A stretch of DNA of 64,000 nucleotides from Octopus bimaculoides (taxonomy: Eukaryota), in contig NC_068996.1 in assembly GCF_001194135.2 (NCBI RefSeq), positions 22,908,540 to 22,972,539 on the forward strand, in the 5' to 3' direction. The position numbers and the translations under genes were made by a program. Of this stretch, positions 1 to 10,440 are shown one piece after another. The notes beneath the pieces were generated by a model. The model was not told the DNA's origin and did no database searches. It was given only the letters and a program-made list of their open reading frames with translations. Position 1 is the first letter of the stretch. Each line of letters starts with the position of its first letter.

Positions 1-679
1 AAAAGATAAGAAAGACTTAGGCCAGCTTCAGTTTTTTTCATGTAATTATGATATATTAGATACCATTCTCAACAGAGCAATATGACAGAGGGAGGAGAGA
101 AAGAATGAGAGAAAATAGGGAGAAATAAGAAGGAATGAAGAGGAGAGAAATAATGAGGGTAGAGGGTGAGATTAGAGAGGGATAAAATAAATTAAAGGTG
201 TATTAAATTGAAAACTTTAAAAACTGTAAGTTTTTTTTTAATACAAGAGCTTTTATATTGATCCCCCCCCACACACACACACACTTTATTACTACCAACT
301 ATTTTATCGATCATAAAACAGGGTAAAAATCAAAGTATAACTTAGCAGGATTTGAACTTGAAACCAAAACCAGTGCAGAGCATTTCAGTTTCTTCAGCTT
401 AATTAAATAATTCCTGTTTAGTATAAATCAGTGATTTACCACTTAAAAAAATGATACCCTAGATCTGGACAAGTAAGAAGTACGTGAAGTGTTGGAATTC
501 AAGTTTTCTCTCTACAGTTATAAAGAAGAATAGTAGGTATTTAATAAAAATGATTATACAAGATCAGGATTCTGTGAGAATTGCACCAAATCGTGATGGA
601 TATGAAATCTGATGATCTACTCCATGTACCACCAGCTGTCACTCCCAAGTAAATATGACTTGCAAGTGACATATGCCAT

Positions 680-980
680 GTTTTGCTCATTGTTTTAGAT
701 GTCTATGTAGTTGCAAGCAGAGATAGATACCTTCTTGGTCCCTTCCCCTTGAGCCTGTAGAACATCCAAGGTGTGGCTGGTAGAGGCTGAGAGAGAGCGT
801 CAGACATACAGTTGCTAACCGGCACCGGGATGGTTCTCAATACAGCTGAGTAGTCCAGAGCAATGTGGAATGAAGTGCCTTTCTCAAGGACACAATTTGC
901 TACACGGCCCAGGAATTGAAGCCATAACAGTATAGTCATGATTGTAATCATCCTCCTAACCATTAGGCCACACAGTGTCA
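680..980 (-). mobile_element. tRNA-derived SINE (family D, CORE-like centre)
   Basis: Minus strand reads A-box TGGCCTAATGG, B-box-like GCTTCAATTCC, then tgtgtccttgagaaaggcacttcattccacattgctctggactactcagctg. A related copy is at ~13425. Confidence 0.65.
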
Positions 981-1336
981 CTACTCCAAATATATTCTGT
1001 ACTTTACCAAGACTAAGATTTGTTGGTTCTGATAACATAATTACTTGTAGTTATACACTAGTTGGTTACTTACAACCATTCTTTACAAAGACTGGAGGTT
1101 GTTGCTCATCCAGAAAAAATTTTAATAAAAAGTTTGGTGCTGGATGAGATTAAACCATAATTAGCTGAACTAAACCACTCCAAGAAGTGTGTGCACGTGC
1201 GCGCACACACTCCAAGAGGTGTGTGTGTGCACGCGTGCACACGCACTAACACACACACACACACATACAAATACAAGCTGTATAGTTAAGAAAAAATAGT
1301 AATTCTTTCAATTTAAAAACCAATCAATCATTTTTC

Positions 1337-1547
1337 TTTATTTTCACATAGCTCTTTCTATTATATATAGACATCATGAAAAATATATACACATATCTAT
1401 TTATATATATATATATATATTTTATGAAAATATAAATCATTTGCATCACTGCAACTTTCAACATGGAGTATTCAATCCATTAAAAAAGGAAAAAAGAAAG
1501 CAAGATATACACACACATATGTGTGTGCACACAAATATACATATATA

Positions 1548-1617
<70 letters not shown>

Positions 1618-2129
1618 TAAATCATAACAGTTCCAAGACAATATAAACTATTTTCTGAAGTATATAAATTCTCTCTCTCTCTCTCTCTCTTTCTATGTCT
1701 ATCTGTGTTTGTCTGTCTGTCTGTATCTCTCTCTCTCTCTTTCTCTCTCACAAAGACACACAATTCAGAAAGCAGTTTAGAAAGTATATTTCTAGACCAA
1801 AATCACTTTTCTCATCTCATAAAAAGATAATGATAAAATAATTTAAAAAAAATTTTTTTTAAATATATAAAAATATGAATAATAAAAACAAAATAAACAA
1901 AAAATATATAAACTAGTAATAATAACAATAACAACAATAAAAGCTTGTGGAAGAAATAAATACCATCATGAGTATATCACAATGTAGTTTCATATTACAA
2001 TGGCATGGTTAACCACTTCTTAAAGATAGATTGCATTTATGGTAGAATTTTACAATCCATAGCATCCAGAACATTTTAGTAGGTGGTAGGTAATCAAAAG
2101 AGAAAAATAAAATAAAGCAGTTAACAATC
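1337..2129 (-). other. Probable Orai 3' UTR with candidate AATAAA at 1337-1342
   Basis: AT-rich, microsatellite-containing region after the stop, with a minus-strand AATAAA. The true 3' end cannot be determined from sequence alone. Confidence 0.35.
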
Positions 2130-2636
2130 TCAAGGTGATACTCGACCAGGAGTGATTGGTAAAGATATGTCTTGGTCTATCTTGATGACAAGTTCTTTCA
2201 ATTCTTGTAGTTCTCTTTCAGTGTGTTCATACTTGTGAGCGACCAAGCGCTTGTAGAAGTGAATTCCAAATATAATAAATAGAATCAAAACTGGAATGAC
2301 AAGTGCTGTGGATGCCATAGCCGCGTTAACGCTAGGTTTATAGAACTTAACCCAAGACAATATTGCAATTTCAACAAGAAACAGCAAAGTTCCCAGACCA
2401 GTGGAGAATCCCCAAGCCATTTCTATATACCATCGCATCTTTTCATGTGGGGATTCTTTCACAGCAGAGAAAGAATTCATGTTACTCACAGCCTCAATAT
2501 TAGGAAGTATGCATGTACTGATCATCAGAGCTATTAAATGGACAGCAACAAGTAACGTTGTGCAGACACTAAACGCAACTAGAAGACAGTCTGGCAATGG
2601 TGATTTTTCTTCAAATTGTATTTCAACCATAGCAAC
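2130..2636 (-). CDS. Orai: Orai coding exon 2: pore glutamate, TM2-TM4, nexus and C-terminal coiled coil
   Basis: Acceptor ttttcttttacctcAG|GTTGCTATG gives VAMVEIQ... in frame with exon 1. It includes the E106 and E190 equivalents, STCILPNIEAVSN, ESPHE, WVKF, the TM4 proline and LVAHK, with TGA at 2130-2132. The joined ORF is 220 aa. Confidence 0.98.
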   Translation of the reverse strand, partial: VAMVEIQFEEKSPLPDCLLVAFSVCTTLLVAVHLIALMISTCILPNIEAVSNMNSFSAVKESPHEKMRWYIEMAWGFSTGLGTLLFLVEIAILSWVKFYKPSVNAAMASTALVIPVLILFIIFGIHFYKRLVAHKYEHTERELQELKELVIKIDQDISLPITPGRVSP

Positions 2637-2777
2637 CTGAGGTAAAAGAAAATATTAAAAAAAACAAAGATGTATTAATACACAAGAACATATCTTACAA
2701 CTTAATTAAAATGAACATTTTGTACTTTAAAGACAAATAAATTAGATTTTCTTTTCTGAAAGATTTAGCATTTAAAG

Positions 2778-3035
2778 TAGTGGTTCTCAACCGTTTTTTT
2801 GCCTAGGGACCCCATTGATTCCTATTTTACTCTACTGGACCCTAATAAATATTCGATGTTTAAAAAAAGTCCCACTGTATTTTTATAATTAAATATTATT
2901 GTGAATTGTATAACAAACATAATTAAAATATTTTGTTTATTGTACAAGTATAACCAATTTATTGCACATAAATTTTAACAGTAAAATCTTACGTGAATCC
3001 CCAAGGTCCATGTGAACCCTGGTTGAGAACCAGTG
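2778..3035. mobile_element. hAT-type MITE with perfect 8-bp TSD
   Basis: TIRs TAGTGGTTCTCAACC / GGTTGAGAACCAGTG, flanked by ATTTAAAG at 2770-2777 and 3036-3043. Confidence 0.9.
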
Positions 3036-3134
3036 ATTTAAAGACTATGAAAGACTACCTATTTTTGCAAACTGGCTGGGACTAGTTTTGATGACATTAG
3101 CATTTGGCAGCTGTAAAATTCATACTAGCTTCAT

Positions 3135-5366
3135 TCCTTGCAAGCTTATGTATGTCCTCAGCAGTCACAGCTCATGTTTCACTGCCATGTAGCATGGCTG
3201 TTCACACACATGTCATACAATCTACCTTTTACTCTGAGCAAGAGGCCCTTTGTCACCAGCAGAGGTAGGAGTTCTCTGAACTTTTCCCAGGCTATTCTTA
3301 TTCTAGCTGCTACACTCTCAGAGCATCCACCCCAACTACTGACTTGGTCACCTAGGTAACAGAAGCTATCAACTACTTCTAGTTTTTCTCCCTGGAGTGT
3401 GGCAAAGGTTTTTTTCTGCACATTTTCAGTGTTTATTGCCCCTGAGCATTTGCCACACACAAAAACTAACTTCCTAGTTAACCTTCCTTTGATATTGCTG
3501 CACCTCTTATGTGTCTATAGCTTACACTGGGTACATCTTATGGAGTTTCTACCTATGCCTTTTCTACAGATCGAGGAGGTCCATCTACCTGAAGGGGTTT
3601 GTGTTTTATCTACCTTCCTACTTATTAGGACATTGGTTTTTGCTAGATTGACTCCAAGGTCCTTTGATTCTGGATCTTGCTTCCACACCTGAAACTTCTC
3701 TAGTTCTTATAGTGACCCAGCTATTAGAGCAAGGTCATCAGCATAGAGAAGCTCCCAGGGGCATCCTGTCTTGAATTCCTCTGTTATTGCCTGGAGGACT
3801 TTGAATAAGAGGGGGATGAGGACTGATCCTTGGTGGACCCTACCTCTACCCAGAATTCTTCACTGTACTCATTGCCAATGCTCACATTTCTGACAGCATC
3901 CCTGTACATGGCTTGCACAGCTCTCACTAACCATTAATCTATTCCTAGTTTCCACATTGACCACCAGATAAGGGATCAGGGGACCCTGTCAAAGGCTTTC
4001 TCCATGTCAACAAAAGCCAGGTACAGACGTTTATCTTTGGCTAGGTATTTCTCTCTCACCAGAAACAGAGCATCAGTGGTGCTTTTCCCTGGCACGAACC
4101 CAAACTGCATCTCATCTAAACTAACACTCTCCCTAATTAGTTGGACTATGACACTTTCTGTGACTTTCATTACCTGATCCAACAACTTGATGCCTCTGTA
4201 ATTATTTGTATCTAATGCATCACCTTTACCTTTGTAGCAGCTGACTATGGTGCTGCTACATCAGTCACTGGATATGACTCCATGTATCACCTGATTGACC
4301 ATATGGGTGACTAAACTATAGCCAATACCACCAGATATTTTAAGCATCTCTGCAGTGATTCCTGATGGCTCAGGGCTTTCCCTGTCTTCATACCCTTAAT
4401 TGCTTTATCTACCAAGCTACTGTCAATTTGGATAGCTGGTCCCTCTGTTGGGTCAACATTCAGTAGACTCTCTTTCTCTCATTCATTCTCTTCATTTAGC
4501 AACTTTTCATAGTGGCATCTCCAAGTCTCTCTCTTTGTAGCCTCATTAAATACAAGTGAACCATCATCCATGCGGACACGTTTCTCTCCTACGACATCAC
4601 AATTCTCTCTCATACACTGTCTTGCAACATGAAACACTTCAAGTCTTTGGTCCTCATGACACAGAACATTGGCAAATTTTTTCTTATCTGCTTCCCCTCT
4701 AGCTAAGTAAACCTGTCTCCTGGTTTCCCTTCTAGCAATCTGATACAATTCCCTGCTACCACCGTTCTTCCAGTCCTTCCATGCCTGTTTCTTTTCTCTA
4801 ATGGTCCTGTCAACTACATTGTTCCACCACCACGTTACCTTGGGTCGAGAGGGGACTTTGCACCATCCACAGATCTGGTCAGTTACCCTCAACAGGTTTT
4901 CCCGTAGGAACCTCCACTTGTCTTCCACATCATGTGATGCTATACCCTCCTCTATTTCGTCCAAAGCTTTGAGTAATACGTCTCTAAATCTCTGTCTGTT
5001 CACAGGATCCTTAAGCTTCCAGATCCTTCTTCATGCTGGTCGTCTTCTGTGCATCCATTTAGCCCTCATCCTGAAGTCGCTAACTACTAATCTATGTTGT
5101 GGGGTGCATTCTTCACCTGGGATAGTTTTGGCATTTATAAGTAGCCATCTTTCCTGTTTCCTGGCGAGGATGTAGTCAATTTGACTATAGTATCCACCAG
5201 ATTGGGAGATGAATGGGTGACTGGCAGGTTTCCTGAAGTTAGTATTACAAATCATAAGATCATTTGCATCACAGAACTCCAGCAGTCTGGTTCCCTTCCC
5301 ATTGCAGGAACCAAAACCATAGCCTTCATGTATGTCATGGAAGCCCCCTGCATGTTGTCTAACATG
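3135..5366 (-). mobile_element. RTE-clade LINE, decayed ORF2 (endonuclease C-half plus RT)
   Basis: Fragments YYSQIDYILARKQERW, QMQFGFVPGKSTTDA-like, LYLAFVDMEKAFDRVP, LLYADDL region, EVVDSFCYLGD. Stops and frameshifts throughout. Confidence 0.92.
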
Positions 5367-5475
5367 CCCATATATATATACATACTTATATAAGTTAGGA
5401 TATTATAACACTTATATATACATATGCATCCATACGTACCTATACAAATACATATAAATATATATATACATATGT

Positions 5476-5855
5476 TGTTGGCACTCCGTCGCTTACGACG
5501 TCGAGGGTTCCAGTTGATCCGATCAACGGAACAGCCTGCTCATGAAATTAACGTGCAAGTGGCTGAGCACTCCACAGACACATATAACTTTAACGTAGTT
5601 CTCGGGGATATTCAACGTGACACAGTGTGACAAGGCTGACCCTTTGAAATACAGGCACAACAGAAACAGGAAGTAAGAGTGAGAGAAAGTTGTGGTGAAA
5701 GAGTACAGCAGGGTTCGCCACCATCCCCTGCCGGAGCCTCGTGCAGCTTTTAGGTGTTTTTGCTCAATAAACACTCACAACGCCCGGTCTGGGAATCGAA
5801 ACCGCGATCCTATGACCACGAGTCCGCTGCCCTAGCCACTGGGCCATTGCGCCTC
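5476..5855 (-). mobile_element. Young tRNA-derived SINE (family E)
   Basis: Minus strand head TGGAGGCGCAATGGCCCAGTGG...GGTTTCGATTCC and (CAA)n-like tail. A near-identical plus copy is at 36429-36815. Confidence 0.88.
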
Positions 5856-5889
5856 CATATACCTATGTACGCATGCATAAATATGCACA

Positions 5890-7260
5890 CATATACGTGT
5901 AACAGGTTGAATGTGGATTCGTCCTTCAATGGTAGTGGTTTCCTAAGAGACTTCTTAACATTGATTCTTCATACTTTGCTGAGAGTTTACTGGTGTAAAT
6001 TAGTGACGATATGAAAAGTAGTATTAGAATACTAAGTGTATGATTAATTTATGGAGTGAAGCTCCACAAATCTAATCATATCAGTCAAAAATGGAGGCGA
6101 CAAGATGTTAAAAAGTTGTAAGAATAGAGATATCTCTATTCTTAACAACGACTTTGTAAGTATATACAACCTTAATTGTCATATTTCCATTTGAATTACC
6201 ACTTTTTCCTCATCTTCTCCTTCATTATACTTTCATCCTACCTTAATACAGATCTTGAGTAAACAAGAGTCCTTAATCCACTTCCACTTCATTCTTTTTA
6301 ATTCTTCCCCCTCTCCCTATATTTTCATAAATGACTTTATTAACTTTCTAGTATAAGCTTTACAAACATAATTTTTTAAAGCTAAACTTTCTTCATCTGT
6401 TTATGATTATTTATAAAAAATACCAACAATTGTTTTCAACAATTAGATTCAATTTACATTAGATAACATTTTCTCATTGGACATTTCTCTAACTTACTCG
6501 CCCTATGCAGCATATATGGAGATTTAATTAGCAAATCTACACTAATCTATAGAGAGAGTGTTATCGATATCTCTATATTTATACATTCCTCTAACCATTC
6601 ATCCGTTAGTTGTAGTTTAATATTTGACATGACTCCCATCACTATCACACACAGATAAAAACAGACAAACATGAAACTCGCAGATCCAACTTCTCAGCTC
6701 TTTCTTTAAGTTCCTATTATTATTTTCTCTCTGAACTGATGAGTACTATGATAATTTTCAAACCCAAATATGAATTTATATCTATGCATGAAACAATTGT
6801 ATGCATGAATAAACTTCTTACAACTCTTTAACATCTTATCTCCTTTACTCTTGACAAATATGACCAGATTTGTAGAACTTCATTCCATAAATCAATCATA
6901 CACTTAATATTCTATATATATATACATATACATGTATAATAATATTAGGGAAAAAATCCAAATTTACAGGGAAAAATTCAATTTAATTTATCAAAATTAA
7001 ATTAAATTTCACAATATATAATATATAAAATATATAATTTAGAGAAAAAAACCCACAATTATTTAATTCATCCAAGAAAATCCACAATCACATATAGAAA
7101 ATTTTAATAAGTAAATACACTAAAAAGACCTATAATAAAAATCAAAGAAGTACAAAGTAATAAATATTAAAATAGTAAAAATGACTACACGTGTTTCATA
7201 ACCATATTTTCAAATAGAAAATTAAAAAATAAAATAAAAAATAAAATTGATTCAAAANNN
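5890..7260. mobile_element. Probable Penelope-like element relic (pLTR-like inverted repeat plus hammerhead motif)
   Basis: ~100-bp inverted repeat (6024-6124 vs 6815-6915), hammerhead core at 6736-6801, second GAAACACGTGTA half-site on the minus strand near 7186-7197. No RT or GIY-YIG ORF could be recovered. Confidence 0.45.
6720..6815 (+). ncRNA. Degenerate minimal type-I hammerhead ribozyme motif
   Basis: CTGATGA (6736-6742), long stem II region, GAAA (6790-6793), palindromic stem III ACAATTGT, GUA cleavage triplet ending at 6801. Stems I and II carry mismatches. Confidence 0.5.
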
Positions 7261-7868
7261 NNNNNNNTATAAGCAATACTTATTTTACCAATAAATAAAA
7301 GAAAACCATTTTGCAATATTACTGAAAATAAATGCAATACTTATCTTATCCAAGCTTTAGTTTAAACTAAAATTTTAAACATTATACATTTAACTTAGCG
7401 TTTATTAGAATTAAGTCGCATGAAAATATGGTGTAAATAAAAGTAATAGAATAAAGAGATATATAAATATGTATTTAAGTTTTTTTTATAAAAGCAAAAT
7501 GTATTTTAGCTGTAATCATAATAAAAAATTAACTGTATTATAAACATTTACTGGAAAATTTTAAATTCTAAATAATTATAATGTCTAATAAATTAAAACT
7601 AAAATACATAAATTAGATAATATACATGAAAGAAGCTAAAACACTATAAATTAATGTTCCTCTGTTCTCCTTCTTGTTGACTCCAACTTATTCAATTATC
7701 TATTCCCACACTACAAAAGACCCCAACGCAAATCTGGCAGTAGGCATAATAGTACTACTGGATAATACTGTGTGAAATCTGAAGGTCGACGAGCTTTATA
7801 CTGTATTCATCTACATTCTTAACAGACTATAACCTAACTATATATAAATATATAACTATATATTTATA

Positions 7869-7919
<51 letters not shown>

Positions 7920-7924
7920 TCTTC

Positions 7925-8670
7925 TCTTTGTTTCAATCACTGGAATGTGACCATGCTGGGGTACCACCTTGAAGGGTTTAGTTGAACAGATAAATCTTAG
8001 TACTGTAGATATTTTTTTGTTTTTTGTTAAATCCGGTACTTATTCTATTGGTCACACTTTGCAAAACTGATTACAGGGACGTAAACAACCCAAAACTTAT
8101 TGAGCAGTGGTTGGAGACAAACACAAATACACACACACACACACATATAATGGGCTTCTGAAGTTGTCATCCACTAGATCCACTCACAAGACTTTGGTCA
8201 GCCTAGGGCTATAGTAGACGACACCCTAGTAGACCTGGAACCATGTGGATGGGAAGCAAGCTTTTTACGACATGGCTGCACTAGCACCTATATTCTTTTA
8301 TTTGTTGCAGTCATTTGACTGCGGCCATTCTGGAGCACTGCCTTTAGTCTAACAAATCAATCCCCAAACTTTTAAGCCTAGTACTTATTCTATCAGTCTC
8401 TTTTGCTGAACTGCTAAGTTACGGGGACATAAACACAGCAACATTAATTGTCAAGTGATGGTGGGAGGACAAACACAGACACACAAACATACACACACAC
8501 ACACACATATATGACAGGCTTCTTTCAGTTTCCATCTACCAAATCCACTCACAAGGCTATAGTCAGCCCAAGGCTATAGTAGAAGACACTTGCCCAAGGT
8601 ACTACACAGTAAGACTGAACCTGGACCCATGTGGTTCGTAAGCAAGCTACTTACCACACTGCCACTCCTG
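7925..8670 (-). mobile_element. Two tandem SINE family A copies
   Basis: Both match the reverse complement of the 9200-9605 copy (head gtgtggtaagaagcttgcttccc, internal CA microsatellite, tail gtcaaatgactgaaacaag). Confidence 0.8.
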
Positions 8671-9199
8671 TTATATTTGGGGATGATCATTTTTTTTTGT
8701 CAATTAACCACACGCACAATTTACTTAGTCTTCACTTCATCTTTATTCTTATTCTTATTTTAGTATCATATAAAAAAAATAATAACCATAGCAATTTAGG
8801 ACTATATAAACCATAGACATTACTTGCAAGCAAGTATGAATTGGTAGCATGTTCCATACTTTTGCTAATTGTTTTAGATGTCTATCTGGTCATGAGTATA
8901 GACAAACACATTCTTGGCCCTCCCGCCTATTGAAACAGTGAAATATCATGAGTGTGGCAGCTGGAGGAAGAGACGGTTCCATCAACACTTGGATGGAACT
9001 TATTTGCAGCTGGGTAGCAGCATGAAAAGAAGCAACTGGTCCAACACAAAACCTGGTCCATGAATTAATCCCTGATCCTATTATCATGAGCTAAATGTCG
9101 TCAAAACTAGGCCATGCATCTTTGTATACACATATAACCAACATATCTAATACCTTCCATATCACAACTAAAGTGTTAAACCTTAGACAAGAATACAAA

Positions 9200-9605
9200 A
9201 GTGGCTGTGTGGTAAGTAGCTTGCTTACCAACCACATGGTTCCGGGATCAGTCCCACTGAGCGACACCTTGGGCAAGTGTCTTCTACTATAGCCTCGGGC
9301 CGACCAAACCCTTGTGAGTGGATTTGGTAGACGGAAACTGAAAGAAACCCATCTATATATATATATATGTATGTGTGTATGTGTGTGTATATGTTTGTGT
9401 GTCTGTGTTTGTCCCCCCAACATTGCTTGACAACAGAAGCTGGTGTGTTTACATCCCCTGTAACTTAGCGGTTCAGCAAAAGATACCGGTAGAATAAGTA
9501 CTAGGCTTACAAAGAATAAGTCCTGGAGGTCGATTTGCTTGACTAAAGGCAGTGCTCCAGCATGGCCACAGTCAAATGACTGAAACAAGTAAAAGAATAA
9601 AAGAA
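9200..9605 (+). mobile_element. Full-length SINE family A (tRNA head, CORE-like gacaccttgggcaagtgtctt, internal microsatellite)
   Basis: Reference copy. Related copies at about 12830-13220, 14485-14855, 14860-15230, 16055-16345(-), 21160-21400, 28620-28820, 30290-30835, 40720-40970(-), 42100-42600(-), 46400-46760(-), 51815-52210, 52380-52760(-) and 52840-53500. Confidence 0.88.
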
Positions 9606-9822
9606 TACTATGTATATCATCATATCTAACACTATTAGTATTATAATAACTAAAATATTAAGCATTAGGCAAGATACACAACTCTAGTATAAATAGACCA
9701 ACATACAGCTTCGATCATATTATGAGACAGAACACAACAGAAGAGATAAGAGGTAAAACTTCTATGAGGAGAAAATATTTAATGAAGAATATGGTGATGT
9801 GGTACCTAGGTGTATTGTGTTA

Positions 9823-10140
9823 ATGTAGAATATAGTGCAGAAAGAAAGAGAGATAAACCACCACAAGGATAAGACGCTAGTCCATCACAAGTAACATCAC
9901 CAGATGATTTTATGGTATCTAGGAAGCCTAGAGTAATGTAGAGTATAGTGTTGTGTACAAAAACACAAAAGGAAGTATGGGACACCAGTCTAACACAGGT
10001 AACATTATCAGATGATCCGGTTGTATCTAGGCGGACTGTAGTATTATAGAATATAGTGTTGTGTACAGAAACACAAAGGAAAGGATGAGAAGTAAACTTG
10101 CACCAGGATAAGATACCAAACTATCACAGGTAATACCAGG
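9823..10140. repeat. Degenerate tandem repeat, ~110-bp unit x3
   Basis: Units start at 9823, 9936 and 10044 (atgtagaatatagtg...gtacaaaaacacaaagg...cacaggtaac...cagatgat...gtatctagg). Confidence 0.7.
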
Positions 10141-10199
10141 TTTATCTCTCATCATGGGGCTGTGAGTAACGAGAGTCATATGCTGTATCACGCCCTCCC

Positions 10200-10440
10200 C
10201 CAATATCTCAGGATGTATGCCACCACCTGCATTAAGGCGTGGTCATCATATTGAAACTCTCAATGAAGAGGAGGACCTGGGGAGAAAGAAGTATGCATGT
10301 TCCAGTCTTATATGGTCCTCACCTCCCAAGAGTGACTGCCCAAGAATTGTGGCCTCCACAGCTCTCTGCATTTGAACCTCTTGGACTGCCATGTCTGGAG
10401 AACTGGACAGCAACCTCACAGTTGCTGTCCAGTCTCACTT
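10200..10440 (+). mobile_element. Tc1/mariner transposase fragment
   Basis: Across frameshifts it reads MFQS...TSQE*L and WPP-SSLHLNLLDCHVW, resembling FQQD...TQEWL and WPPSSPDLNPLDYxVW. Confidence 0.55.

Noticed and set aside
606-640. Other CTGATGA hits as hammerheads (606, 13742, 23083, 24475, 58166)
   Set aside because: No downstream GAAA with a compatible stem III. Most lie in SINE or LINE sequence.
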